Counted from the stretch's first letter, positions 39,520-48,859 are shown. The stretch: DNA of 64,000 bases from an uncultured Phycisphaerales bacterium (GCA_938084645.1 CALKEP010000052.1:1722-65721); one strand, 5' to 3'. Notes: a model not told the origin generated them from the sequence alone. Numbers and translations: made by a program.

Positions 39520-41325
39520 TCACTCTTCCTGTTCGAGCACCGCCATGAAGGCTTCCTGCGGGATGTTGACGCTTCCCACGTTCTTCATCCGCTTCTTGCC
39601 TTCCTTCTGCTTCTCGAGCAGTTTTCGCTTTCGCGTGATGTCGCCGCCGTAGCACTTGGCGGTCACGTTCTTGCGAAGCGCCTTGATCGTCTCGCGGGCG
39701 ATGATCTTCCCACCGATCGCGGCCTGCAGCGGAATCTCGAACTGGTGCCGGTCGATCTGCTTTCGAAGCTTCGCGAGGATGGCGCGACTGCGGATCTCCG
39801 CGCTCGATCGGTGGCAGATGAGACTCAACGCCTCGACCGGGGCGCCGTTGATGAGGATGTCGACCTTCGCGAGGTTCTCCGGGACGTAACCGATGATCTC
39901 GTAGTCCATGGTGCCGTACCCGCGGGTGATCGACTTCAACTTGTCGTAGAAGTCGTAGATGATCTCCGCGAGTGGAAGCTCGTAGTCGAGGATCTGGCGG
40001 GTGTCGCTGATGAACCGCTGGCCCTTGAAGATGCCGCGTCGTCCCTCGGCGAGCTTCATCAGGTCGCCGATGTTCTCCTCGGGACAGATGATCTCGATCT
40101 TCACCATCGGTTCACGGATCGCCCGGACCCTCGACATGTCCGGAAGGTCGGCGGGGTTGTGGATCTCGACCGTGGTGTCGTCGTTGAGGTCGATCAGGTA
40201 GGAGACGGTGGGTGCGGTCTGGACGATGTCCACGCCGCCCTCGCGCTCCAGACGCTCCTGGACGATGTCCATGTGGAGCAGGCCGAGGAAGCCGCAGCGG
40301 AACCCGAAGCCGAGGGCCTCGGAGTGCTGCACCTCGAACGTGAAACTCGCGTCGTTGATGTGGAGTTTCTCGACCGCCTCTCGAAGACTCTCGAAGTCGC
40401 TTCGCTTGCCGCCTTCGCTTCCGGTGGCGGGGTAGAAGTCGCAGAAGACCATCTGCTTCGGCTCTTCGTAGCCCGGGAGGGCGATCTCGGCCGGTTCGTA
40501 CTCCAGGGTGACGGTGTCGCCCACCCGGACGTCGCCGAGCGACTTGATCGATGCGACGATGTAACCGACCTCGCCCTGTTCGATCTTCTTCAGCTTCTCG
40601 GGGAACGGGGTGTAGCGACCGAGTTCGGTGACCGAGAAGGTCCGTCCCGTTCCCATCATCCGGATCTTGTCGCCGACGGAGATCGCACCGTCGAACACGC
40701 GGACGAACACCACCACGCCCCGATAGTCGTCGTAGTTGGAGTCGAAGATCAGGGCGCGGAGCCGGTCGGTCGAGGGGGGCGGAGGATCCGGGAGCTTCTC
40801 GCAGATCGCGTCGAGCAGTTCGGGGATTCCCTTGCCGCTCTTCGCGCTGACGTAGATGGAATCCTCGGCAGGGAGACCGAGCACCTGCTCGACCTCCATC
40901 GCCACGCCGTCGGGATCCGCGGCGGGGAGATCGATCTTGTTCACGACCGGAATGAGCTCGAGGTCGTTCTCCACCGCGAGGTACGCGTTGGCCACGGTCT
41001 GGGCCTGCACGCCCTGGGTCGAATCGACCACCAGCACCGCGCCTTCGCAGGCGGTGAGGGCTCGACTCACCTCGTAGGTGAAGTCGACGTGACCCGGCGT
41101 GTCGATGAAGTTCAGCTGGTAGGGCTCGCCCTTGTAGACGTGCTGGACGGTGACCGCGGAACTCTTGATGGTGATCCCGCGCTCTCGCTCGAGATCCATC
41201 GAATCCAGCATCTGGTCCTTGCCCGTCCGGTGATCCACCGCCTTGGTCGCATGCAGCAACCGATCGGCGAGGGTGCTCTTGCCATGGTCGATGTGCGCGA
41301 TGATGGAGAAGTTGCGGACCTTCAC
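39520..41325 (-). CDS. lepA: Elongation factor 4 (LepA)
   Basis: 601 aa with GTG start. It has G1 (IIAHIDHGKSTL), G3 (DTPGHVDF), G4 (NKID) and the LepA-specific C-terminal domain (GGDITRKRKLLEKQKEGKKRM). Confidence 0.97.
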   Translation of the reverse strand: MKVRNFSIIAHIDHGKSTLADRLLHATKAVDHRTGKDQMLDSMDLERERGITIKSSAVTVQHVYKGEPYQLNFIDTPGHVDFTYEVSRALTACEGAVLVVDSTQGVQAQTVANAYLAVENDLELIPVVNKIDLPAADPDGVAMEVEQVLGLPAEDSIYVSAKSGKGIPELLDAICEKLPDPPPPSTDRLRALIFDSNYDDYRGVVVFVRVFDGAISVGDKIRMMGTGRTFSVTELGRYTPFPEKLKKIEQGEVGYIVASIKSLGDVRVGDTVTLEYEPAEIALPGYEEPKQMVFCDFYPATGSEGGKRSDFESLREAVEKLHINDASFTFEVQHSEALGFGFRCGFLGLLHMDIVQERLEREGGVDIVQTAPTVSYLIDLNDDTTVEIHNPADLPDMSRVRAIREPMVKIEIICPEENIGDLMKLAEGRRGIFKGQRFISDTRQILDYELPLAEIIYDFYDKLKSITRGYGTMDYEIIGYVPENLAKVDILINGAPVEALSLICHRSSAEIRSRAILAKLRKQIDRHQFEIPLQAAIGGKIIARETIKALRKNVTAKCYGGDITRKRKLLEKQKEGKKRMKNVGSVNIPQEAFMAVLEQEE

Positions 41326-41361
41326 GCGGGGTGAATCCTCTTCGATGCGGATCCCCCGAGG

Positions 41362-41844
41362 TCAGACGTCGACGTCAGGGGGGACCGAGCCGTTCATCGT
41401 AGCCAAAGACGCGGGGTGACCGCACTCCGGGCATCCGGCGTCCGGGGTGTCGGGGGGAAGGAGCTGGGCGCAACGCGGGCAGAGGGGGATGCCTCGGTCG
41501 AGGAGTGCCGAGCGGACGTGGTGGAGGTAGGTCAGGTTGATCGCCAGCATGAAGGCGAAGTGCTGGAGAACGAGGAAGACCAGCAAGGTCACCAGGGCGG
41601 TGAACATCAGCGGGGCCATGTTCGGGCTGGGATTGGCCTGCGTGATGGAGACCGAGTACAGGCCCGGGAAAATGGTCTGGACGCCGATCAGCAGCAGCAA
41701 TGGCGCGAACGAGATGACGCAGAAGAGCACGACGTCCCGGGGGCGGCGGAGCATGCGGAGGTTGGCTTGCCAGTGGAACGCCAGCCGCTCCGCGAGGGAA
41801 GGCTTGTACGAGGGATCGTGAAAGACGGGCCAGAGGATGTTCAT
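41362..41844 (-). CDS. Two-TM membrane protein with a C-terminal CxxC...CxxC zinc ribbon
   Basis: 160 aa from the ATG at 41844 (ATGA overlap with the mutM stop). It has two hydrophobic helices followed by LCPRCAQLL...AGCPECGH. Confidence 0.6.
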   Translation of the reverse strand: MNILWPVFHDPSYKPSLAERLAFHWQANLRMLRRPRDVVLFCVISFAPLLLLIGVQTIFPGLYSVSITQANPSPNMAPLMFTALVTLLVFLVLQHFAFMLAINLTYLHHVRSALLDRGIPLCPRCAQLLPPDTPDAGCPECGHPASLATMNGSVPPDVDV

Positions 41845-42638
41845 CGCTGGGCCGAGGGTACCCACGCCGTGGTCCGTCCGGCCACGGTCGTGATCTCGAT
41901 CGGCTCGCCCCGTGCCGTTCGGGCGTCCTCGGGACGACCCCATCGGTGGTGGAAGAGCCAGGTCTTCGGGAATCGGCTGGACACCGAGTTGACGGCCACG
42001 GCCTTCTTGATGATCGCGGCGAGTCGTCGCCGGATCCGCTCGAGTTCCACGTCGTCGAGATCGTCGACCCGACGGTCGGGCGCGACTTCCGCCTGGTAGA
42101 GGATCTCGTCCGCGATCCAGTTTCCCACGCCCGCGGCGAAGGACTGGTCGAGGAGCAGACCCTTGGCGGTGACCTTGCGGCGTCCGACGAGGTTTCGGAA
42201 CGTCGCGGGGCCGGGCATCTCCAGCAGTGGATCGAAACCGAGTTTCGAGACCGGCGGCTGGTTGCGAGGATCCTCGCGGAGTCGAATACGACCGAATCGG
42301 CGGGGATCGGGCATCGCGAGGCGGCGGCCGTCGTCGAATTCCAGTTCGATCTTCCAGAACCGCGGGCGGTCGGCCTCGTCGTCATATCCGTGCAGCGCCC
42401 CGGTCATGCCGAAGTGCAGGAGCAGGGCGGGGCCCGCTTCGAACTCCAGCCAGAGCTGCTTCCCATGGCGCCGTGCGGCGAGCACCCGCTTGCCCCGAAG
42501 GCGGCGACTCACGGTGGCGGGTGACTCGTCGCAGAAGACGATTCGGTCGTTCGCGCACCGCACGTGCTTCGCGATGCGACCGGTCGCCACCGCTTCGGCG
42601 ACGAGGCGTCCTCGCTCGACTTCGGGGAGTTCAGGCAT
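41841..42638 (-). CDS. mutM: Formamidopyrimidine-DNA glycosylase (Fpg/MutM), zincless-finger type
   Basis: It has the catalytic N-terminus MPELPEVE and H2TH (GNWIADEILYQA). The C-terminus (WLFHHRWG...VAGRTTAWVPSAQR) lacks the four-Cys zinc finger. Confidence 0.9.
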   Translation of the reverse strand: MPELPEVERGRLVAEAVATGRIAKHVRCANDRIVFCDESPATVSRRLRGKRVLAARRHGKQLWLEFEAGPALLLHFGMTGALHGYDDEADRPRFWKIELEFDDGRRLAMPDPRRFGRIRLREDPRNQPPVSKLGFDPLLEMPGPATFRNLVGRRKVTAKGLLLDQSFAAGVGNWIADEILYQAEVAPDRRVDDLDDVELERIRRRLAAIIKKAVAVNSVSSRFPKTWLFHHRWGRPEDARTARGEPIEITTVAGRTTAWVPSAQR

Positions 42639-42657
42639 GTGGGCGGATCGAGTCGGT

Positions 42658-43446
42658 TCAGGAATCGGTCGGGCGACGATCGCCCGCATCGCCCCCGGAT
42701 TCGCGGTCGGGCGTCTCGGGATTCGCCACCGGACGAGGCCTGGGTGGCTGGAGGCGGAGGCCGCCCGAGTCGCTCGCCAGTTCGACGATCCGATTCGACT
42801 CGTCGAGAATCGCGACGCGGATCATCGGACGCTGGTTGACCGCGAAGGGCTCGATCAGAAGCCGTCCGTCGGCAAGCAGTCGCCACCGGCCGCGCTGGCT
42901 GGTGATCGCGATCGGGGCGTCGACGGTTTCGCCCCGAGACCAGGTGTAGGTGAGATCGGGATCGAGCCGGAGCTCGCCCCCCGGGCCGCGCCATCGTCCC
43001 ACGAGATCGTCCGAGGGGACGTGGGGTGGGGTGGCCGAATGGATGAAGGGCTTCTTGAGCCGAGCCACGTCGGCCATCAGCACGTCGTCCCGAAGCCAGA
43101 GCGCGACCCGACGGGGCGGGGGCGCGGGGAGGAGGTAGGAGTTCAGCCAGAAGACGGCGTGATTCTCCCGGTGCCAGCGACCGACGTCGCTGGGCCGATC
43201 GAAGCGATCGAGATCGTTCCAGCGTCGGTATCGCCCATCGCGTGCCACTTCGATCAGGCTGCGGCCATCCGACCACCACCCGACGATCTCGCGCGGCGCT
43301 TCCGGGTCCATCGCGAGCGTGGACACGATCCGAGGGGCCGGCGTCTCCCGTGGGATCGCGTCCTGCGGCGAGGTCGCTCCGAACAGGGGGGCGGCCAGGA
43401 GGAACATCAGGGCTGGGATTCGCAAGTCATCGCTCCGGAATGGCAC
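42658..43446 (-). CDS. Secreted protein, unknown function
   Basis: 262 aa with GTG start and a signal peptide (IPALMFLLAAPLFGATS). It is Trp/Arg-rich. An alternative ATG lies at 43407. Confidence 0.55.
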   Translation of the reverse strand: MPFRSDDLRIPALMFLLAAPLFGATSPQDAIPRETPAPRIVSTLAMDPEAPREIVGWWSDGRSLIEVARDGRYRRWNDLDRFDRPSDVGRWHRENHAVFWLNSYLLPAPPPRRVALWLRDDVLMADVARLKKPFIHSATPPHVPSDDLVGRWRGPGGELRLDPDLTYTWSRGETVDAPIAITSQRGRWRLLADGRLLIEPFAVNQRPMIRVAILDESNRIVELASDSGGLRLQPPRPRPVANPETPDRESGGDAGDRRPTDS

Positions 43447-43566
43447 GGGGGATTCGAAGTCCGAGTCATCATCGGCACGGGCCGCCGGCGATGTGGGAAT
43501 CCGGCTTCATGGTTTCGACGCCGTCGCGGAGGGTTCGGTTCGATCGATTCGAACCATCGCGAGGAA

Positions 43567-44091
43567 TCAGCCGCTTCCGAATCGAAGCCGCGGGCTGCGT
43601 CGACGCTGGGCCTTCATCTCCTGCACGGCCTCCGCTTCCTCCGCCGGTGGGAAGAACTCGTCGGGGAGCTCGGGCATCACCGAGCCGCACTCGCAGCAGG
43701 GTTCGCCGCGTTCGTGGCCGAGGTTGTAGAAGCCGCAGGTGAGGCAGACCGGATGTCCCAGTTCGGCGGCGGCGGCACGAAGGACGCTGCGTCGTCGACC
43801 TCGGAAGATCACGACGAGGATCATCGCCTCGGCCACGAAGGTCGTCCCGAACGCGAACGCGGCATTCGGACTGCCGGCGAGCAGGAGACCCACGATCGCC
43901 AGCACGCAGGCGATCGGCAGACCGATGGTGACGAAGATCAGGAAGCCGGTTCGACCGAAGGCCGGGAAGCCGCGGGGGTAGCCCGACCAGTCGATGCGGC
44001 CGAACATCGAGATGCGACGATCCCTGATGCGACGGCGATCTTCGTCGCTGATGGGCCAGAGCGTGATCTCGGGGTCGAGGATGCGTCGCAT
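43567..44091 (-). CDS. Two-TM membrane protein with a C-terminal CxxC...CxxC zinc ribbon (paralogue-like of 41362..41844)
   Basis: 174 aa from the ATG at 44091. It has two TM helices, then VCLTCGFYNLG...PCCECGS. Confidence 0.55.
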   Translation of the reverse strand: MRRILDPEITLWPISDEDRRRIRDRRISMFGRIDWSGYPRGFPAFGRTGFLIFVTIGLPIACVLAIVGLLLAGSPNAAFAFGTTFVAEAMILVVIFRGRRRSVLRAAAAELGHPVCLTCGFYNLGHERGEPCCECGSVMPELPDEFFPPAEEAEAVQEMKAQRRRSPRLRFGSG

Positions 44092-44325
44092 GCCACCGAC
44101 CTTTCCGGTCTCGAACCGATTGGTGGACGCCCAAGCCGGTCGACATCGACCGGAGCGAGCACGACGAGAACGCCGAAACTCGGAAGTCCACGTCCCGAAA
44201 ATACACCCAAAACCCGAAATTCGGACGATCAATTCGCCGTATTGCCGCTGGAGCCATCGAAAACGCCGCCCCGCCACGAAAGATCGTGGCCGGGCGGCGT
44301 GGGGTTCCGGGGATGGCTTCGAAGA

Positions 44326-44760
44326 TCAGGCGGCGGAGCGGCCGACTTCGGCGGAGAACGCGGATCGGCGTCCGCGAGGCTTCGTGGTGATCTTCTCGAC
44401 CTGGGTCACGTGGCTTTCGGAGAAGCGGTGCAGGTCGATTCCGAACGCCGCGAGCTGGGCGAACCAGAGCACCGCGGTCGTGAAGACCATCGAGACCTGA
44501 CTCCCACCGAGCTCGATCCCCAGGAACACGCTTCCAAGGAACTGGCCGGCGAACACCAGGAGGGCGAGCATCAGGCCGAACATCAGGTCGATCGACTTGG
44601 GAAGGCCGAGCGCCGCGCAGAGCCCGAGCAGCCCCACGCCGAAGATCGAGCCGACCACGCCGAATGCGAGTCCGAAGGGCCAGAAGGCGACGATCGCAAC
44701 GAGTGCGAAGATCGGGGACACCTTGAACTTGACGTTGACCTCTGGAATCTCGGCGTGCAC
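44326..44760 (-). CDS. Small multi-TM membrane protein
   Basis: 144 aa from the GTG at 44760, with three or four Gly/Ala/Leu/Phe-rich hydrophobic helices. The upstream part of ORF 44326..45063 is not protein-like. Confidence 0.5.
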   Translation of the reverse strand: MHAEIPEVNVKFKVSPIFALVAIVAFWPFGLAFGVVGSIFGVGLLGLCAALGLPKSIDLMFGLMLALLVFAGQFLGSVFLGIELGGSQVSMVFTTAVLWFAQLAAFGIDLHRFSESHVTQVEKITTKPRGRRSAFSAEVGRSAA

Positions 44761-45037
44761 TTCGAAGCTCCGTTCACGAGCTGGGGGGGAAAGTTCCGGC
44801 CGGAGGTCAACGTGACCTCGGCGGGTTGGATCTCGATCGAAATTGGGGAGGTGCCTCTGGGCGGGGCTCAAGCAAAACGAATGGCGAGGGATTCCCGAAT
44901 CAGGAGGCTGGCTGATCTTCGATTGACGCCACGGACTTCGCCGTGGTTCGAGGCCTTCCGGCCGCTGCGTACATCGATAGAAGGAACACGATAGCGGGGC
45001 TTTCGGCAGAAACGAAGCCTTGGGGTCGGAATTTGTG

Positions 45038-45079
45038 AAAAAAAGAACGAGCCCTGGAGCCACCCGCCCGCCAAGCGGC
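45038..45079 (-). terminator. Probable rimO terminator
   Basis: Immediately after the rimO stop, the minus-strand RNA has GC-rich self-complementary segments (GAGCC...GGCUC) followed by UUCUUUUUUU (A7 on the plus strand at 45038-45044). Confidence 0.4.
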
Positions 45080-46642
45080 TCAGCCGCCGATCACCGGGAG
45101 CGAGGTCTGGCGTGCCAGTTCTTCGGTGGGGCGGGCGACGAGGTCGTATCCATCGCTCCCCACGATCGTGCACCGGATGAGTTCGCCGGGACTCAATCGG
45201 CCGATGCTCGCGACGCAGGTCTGGGCGTCGACCTGCGGGGCCTGGAAGTAGCACCGTCCGATCGAAAGGTGGACCGGCGTGCCGGTTCGGACTGCGGGAT
45301 CGTCCTCGGGAAGCGCGACCTCCGCGGTCGCCCCGGCCTCGCCGTCGACCAGAACGTCCATCTGGACCCGTTGTTCGGCCAGGTAGGCGGCATTTTCGAA
45401 GGCGATCTCCTGCTGTCGAAGCATCAGTTCGGCTTCGCGTCGGCGCTTGATCTCCTCGGGGACCGCCAGGGCCGGATCCCGTTCCATGGTTCCTGCCGGC
45501 GTCCCGGCCTCGGCCGAATATCGGAACACGCCCATCGCGTCGAATCCGATCTCGTCGATGAACTCGAGGAGTTGCTCGTGATCGGCTTCCGTCTCGCCGG
45601 GGAACCCGGTGATGAAGGTGGTTCGAATCGCCATTCCCGGGATCCGCTCCCGGAGCTTCAGGGCGAGCGTCCGCTGCTGCTCGGCCGTCACGTTCCGTCG
45701 CATGGCGGTGAGCATCGCGTCGCTCGCGTGCTGAAGGGGCATGTCGATGTAGTCCACGATCCTCGGGAGATCGCGGATGGCGTCGATCATCTCGTCCGTG
45801 AAACTCGTCGGGTACGCGTACATGAGGCGGGCCCGACCGGCGTCGCCACGCGACTCGCACAGATCGTTGATCGCCTTCAGCAGGCCGGCGAGTCCGCGGT
45901 CGTCACCGACGTCCCGGCCCCAGCTGGTCGTGTCCTGGCCGATCAGATTGAGTTCGACGCAGCCGTCGTCGAGCAGCCGCGCCGCTTCGTCCAACAGCAC
46001 GTCGAGCGGTTTCGATCGCATCTTGCCGCGAATCGAGGGAATGGTGCAGAACGCGCACTTCTGATTGCACCCCTCGCTCATGCGGAGGTAGGCCCAGTGT
46101 CGGGGCGTCAGGCGGAAGCGATCGGCATCGTCCTCGAAGTAGCCGATTCCCTTGCCGTCGTCGCCAGCGACCGTCAGCCCGACCACGTCGCGGCCACGCT
46201 CGGCGGCCGCCTGCAGGGCGTTGCCCGCGATCCAGTAGCGGGGGCCGTTCTCGTCGAGGCCCTCTCGTTCGGGCGGGCTCGTCGACACCGCGTCGACGAT
46301 GCGGTCCCGATCGAAGACGCCGATCATCGAGTCGATCCCGGGGGCCCACTCGAGGAGTTTGGCGCGGTGTCGCTGGACGAGGCATCCGGCCACGACCACC
46401 CGGCCGATCTCGCCGCGTTCCTTTCGCTCGATCGCGTCACGCAGCACCGAGAGCGATTCCTCCCGGCTCGCTTCCAGGAATCCGCAGGTGTTCACGACGA
46501 TCGCATCGGCGGGTGCGTCACTGGGGACGACCTTCACGCCGGCCTCGCGAAGCGAGCCGAGCATGCGTTCGCTGTCCACGAGGTTCTTCGGGCAGCCGAG
46601 ACTGACGAACGCGACGGATGATGGAGTTTGAAGATCGGTCAC
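45080..46642 (-). CDS. rimO: Ribosomal protein S12 methylthiotransferase RimO
   Basis: 520 aa with GTG start. It has the UPF0004 N-domain (VSLGCPKNLVDSE ... NTCGF), a radical-SAM motif (CNQKCAFCTIP) and a C-terminal TRAM-like domain. MiaB is an alternative family assignment, but the GCPKN motif favours RimO. Confidence 0.85.
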   Translation of the reverse strand: MTDLQTPSSVAFVSLGCPKNLVDSERMLGSLREAGVKVVPSDAPADAIVVNTCGFLEASREESLSVLRDAIERKERGEIGRVVVAGCLVQRHRAKLLEWAPGIDSMIGVFDRDRIVDAVSTSPPEREGLDENGPRYWIAGNALQAAAERGRDVVGLTVAGDDGKGIGYFEDDADRFRLTPRHWAYLRMSEGCNQKCAFCTIPSIRGKMRSKPLDVLLDEAARLLDDGCVELNLIGQDTTSWGRDVGDDRGLAGLLKAINDLCESRGDAGRARLMYAYPTSFTDEMIDAIRDLPRIVDYIDMPLQHASDAMLTAMRRNVTAEQQRTLALKLRERIPGMAIRTTFITGFPGETEADHEQLLEFIDEIGFDAMGVFRYSAEAGTPAGTMERDPALAVPEEIKRRREAELMLRQQEIAFENAAYLAEQRVQMDVLVDGEAGATAEVALPEDDPAVRTGTPVHLSIGRCYFQAPQVDAQTCVASIGRLSPGELIRCTIVGSDGYDLVARPTEELARQTSLPVIGG

Positions 46643-46681
46643 GACGTCATGGTACGACGCCCGGGCGGGTTCGCGGAGGAA

Positions 46682-48085
46682 TCAGGGCGATGCTTCGTAG
46701 AGTCCCAGTTCCTCGATGATCTCGAGCACCCCGTCCGGCAGGAGTGCCGAGACGTCCTCGCCCCTCGCGCGGCGGTTCCGGATCTCCGAGGAACTCACGC
46801 CTTCGGCCGCGAGGTCGAGTGTCCAGGTCGCCCACCGGCCGGCAAGCGCTGGATCGAAGTGATCCCGATATCTGGCCGCGAGCGTGGTGCGGGTCTCCGG
46901 GGGCCGCGGCATCACGACCGGTGGTGCCAGGGCGATGATCTTCCGCCAATCCCGCCACCGATCGAAGTCGAGGGCCTGATCGCTGCCGATCAGAAGCCGG
47001 AGCCGGGGTCGCATCCGGAGCTCGAGACCGTCACGTTCCGAGGCCTCGACCAGTTCACGATGGATCGACTCCAGAGTCGCGAAGGTGAAGCTCGGGCCGT
47101 CGCGGTCGATCTCGCGCCGATCGATGCGGGCCTCGATCGGTGGATGCCCGGGAACCGATGTGCGACGGGCGAGGGCCGCTTCAAGCATTCTGACCCGGTC
47201 TTCGGGGTTCGCGGGAGGGGCGTCGACCTTGAGCGGGTTCACGCGGGCGGGAACGAACACCACTTCGTCGCAGCCGAGCCGGGCCGCGGCTTCGAAGGGA
47301 AGCGTGAGGTGTCCGCGGTGCGGTGGATCGAACGAGCCGCCGAACACGAGAATCGATCGCGGTCCCGTCCTTCGGCCGACCCGCTCCGGTCGCTGGCCGG
47401 AATCCGTGGTCGGGGCCGGTGGAACGGGGAGATCACGAAGCGCCGCGCCCAGCTCGAGCAACGCCGATCGGGACTGCCGGGCGAGATGTCGAAGGGTGCC
47501 GAGGAGCGCCGGCCGTCGAAAGACCTCGGCCGCGATCAGGCCCGGTCGAGATCGTCCGAGGTGATCGACGAATCGGTCGAGGGCCGCGGGAACCGCCTGA
47601 TCGGCAGGATCTCCGACGACGCGGACGATGCCCCAGTCCCAATCCCGCTCGCGGGCCAGTTCCGCGAAGTGAAGCGATTCGAGGTCGACGATGACGGCGC
47701 CGGTGGTGCGTCCCAGTGCGTGCTTGGCCTCGGCACTGGCGACGATCCGACCCGTGGTGGTCACGCGACCTCGTGTCGCATCGGCGATTCGAAGTCGCCG
47801 GCACACGGGTGGTTCGGTCACTCGTCCGTGGGGATCGACGACTTCGTCGACCACCACCAGATCACCCGAAGCGAGACGCGCATCGAGGCCGCCGGCGAGT
47901 CCCACGAGCACGATGGGGCCTTCGGGTTCGCCGTGCTGGTCGACCCAGCGACGGACGCCTTCCCGACCGGGGCCGCAGACATGGATTCGATCGGCGGGGA
48001 CACCTGCCGACGCAAGGACCTTCCGCTCGAACGCGAGCGGGGTCAGGAACGTCGTTCCGGTGGCCCGTCCGTCTGGCGTCGTCAT
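46682..48085 (-). CDS. nadD: Fusion of an N-terminal nucleoside-phosphorylase/nucleosidase-like (PNP_UDP_1, HpnG/MtnN-like) domain to nicotinate-nucleotide adenylyltransferase
   Basis: 467 aa. Residues 1 to about 230 carry LVGLAGGLDARLASGDLVVV and AVIVDLESLHFA, typical of phosphorylase-family proteins. Residues from about 270 to the end are NadD (ILVFGGSFDPPHRGHL ... SSSEIR). No start codon (ATG/GTG/TTG) lies in the linker before the NadD domain. Confidence 0.85.
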   Translation of the reverse strand: MTTPDGRATGTTFLTPLAFERKVLASAGVPADRIHVCGPGREGVRRWVDQHGEPEGPIVLVGLAGGLDARLASGDLVVVDEVVDPHGRVTEPPVCRRLRIADATRGRVTTTGRIVASAEAKHALGRTTGAVIVDLESLHFAELARERDWDWGIVRVVGDPADQAVPAALDRFVDHLGRSRPGLIAAEVFRRPALLGTLRHLARQSRSALLELGAALRDLPVPPAPTTDSGQRPERVGRRTGPRSILVFGGSFDPPHRGHLTLPFEAAARLGCDEVVFVPARVNPLKVDAPPANPEDRVRMLEAALARRTSVPGHPPIEARIDRREIDRDGPSFTFATLESIHRELVEASERDGLELRMRPRLRLLIGSDQALDFDRWRDWRKIIALAPPVVMPRPPETRTTLAARYRDHFDPALAGRWATWTLDLAAEGVSSSEIRNRRARGEDVSALLPDGVLEIIEELGLYEASP

Positions 48086-48125
48086 GCCGCAAAGGCTAAC
48101 CGCCCGAACGGGGTCTCGTCCGAAT

Positions 48126-48476
48126 TCAGTCGTACGGGTCGTAGGAGGGGACGTCGGCGAGTTGCGACGAGGGGGCCGGCACGTCGAACGCCGCGATCAT
48201 CTCGTACTCGCTCTCGAACTTGCCGACCAGGATTCCGGAGGCATCGAGGACCTCGTAGCCCGGCCCGTACGGCCCGGGAATCACCCGAATCGAGAGTTCC
48301 TGACCGACGAGGGTGCCGAGATCGGGGGGGCCGATCGGCGCCGCGAAGTCGCCGGCGGTGGTGGCATCCGGTCGAACGCCCCAGGCGACGAGGAAGCTGG
48401 TGGTGACGGCAGCGACCGCCACCATCGGGCGAAAGACCCGAGGGTCCGTGTACAGACGATGGAAGAACTTCAGCAT
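48126..48476 (-). CDS. Small membrane-anchored hypothetical protein
   Basis: 116 aa with one N-terminal TM (MVAVAAVTTSFLVAWGV) and high GC3. It lies directly upstream of the nadD fusion. Confidence 0.5.
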   Translation of the reverse strand: MLKFFHRLYTDPRVFRPMVAVAAVTTSFLVAWGVRPDATTAGDFAAPIGPPDLGTLVGQELSIRVIPGPYGPGYEVLDASGILVGKFESEYEMIAAFDVPAPSSQLADVPSYDPYD

Positions 48477-48664
48477 GTCCGGAGACTCGGACGAGTCGAC
48501 CGCTCGATTGAGTCGATCCTGCGGAGTCGGCCGAAAATGACCGCCGGTGGTCGATGGGATCCGGAGGCACGAAGTTATCCGACGTCGGTACGTGGCAACC
48601 TTCGGGTTGCCGTGGGCGAATTGCCCGCTACCATGCCTCCCGTCGCTTCGGCGACAGCTTGGCT

Positions 48665-48739
48665 GGCCCCATCGTCTAGTCAGGTCCAGGACACCAGGTT
48701 TTCATCCTGGGAACAGGGGTTCGAATCCCCTTGGGGTCA
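48665..48739 (+). tRNA. tRNA-Glu (anticodon UUC)
   Basis: GGCCCCATCGTCTAGTCAGGTCCAGGACACCAGGTTTTCATCCTGGGAACAGGGGTTCGAATCCCCTTGGGGTCA is a 75-nt cloverleaf with anticodon loop UU-UUC-AU. It is very close to the canonical bacterial tRNA-Glu. No CCA is encoded. Confidence 0.9.
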
Positions 48740-48824
48740 CTTTCTAAGCCCTTGTTTTCAAGGGTTTAAAGAAAGCAAGAGTGCACGAGGCAGGTCGTGA
48801 GACCGTGTCTCGAACTGGACCAGG

Positions 48825-48859
48825 AATCGCCTCCCTGCAAAGGGGGGCGATTTCATTTT
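48825..48859 (+). terminator. Rho-independent terminator downstream of tRNA-Glu
   Basis: 11-bp stem AAUCGCCUCCC/GGGGGGCGAUU (one G-U pair on the plus-strand RNA only) with loop UGCAAA and tail UCAUUUUCC. A smaller hairpin lies at 48746-48767, directly after the tRNA. Confidence 0.65.

Noticed and set aside
42163-44994. 943-aa ORF on the plus strand
   Set aside because: It is antisense to mutM, the secreted protein and the two small membrane proteins. The translation is low-complexity and Arg/Ser/Gly/Pro-rich.
48573-48581. TTATCCGAC in the divergent gap upstream of tRNA-Glu as a DnaA box
   Set aside because: It is a single 6-7/9 match with the critical CAC core disrupted, which is expected by chance and is not evidence on its own.
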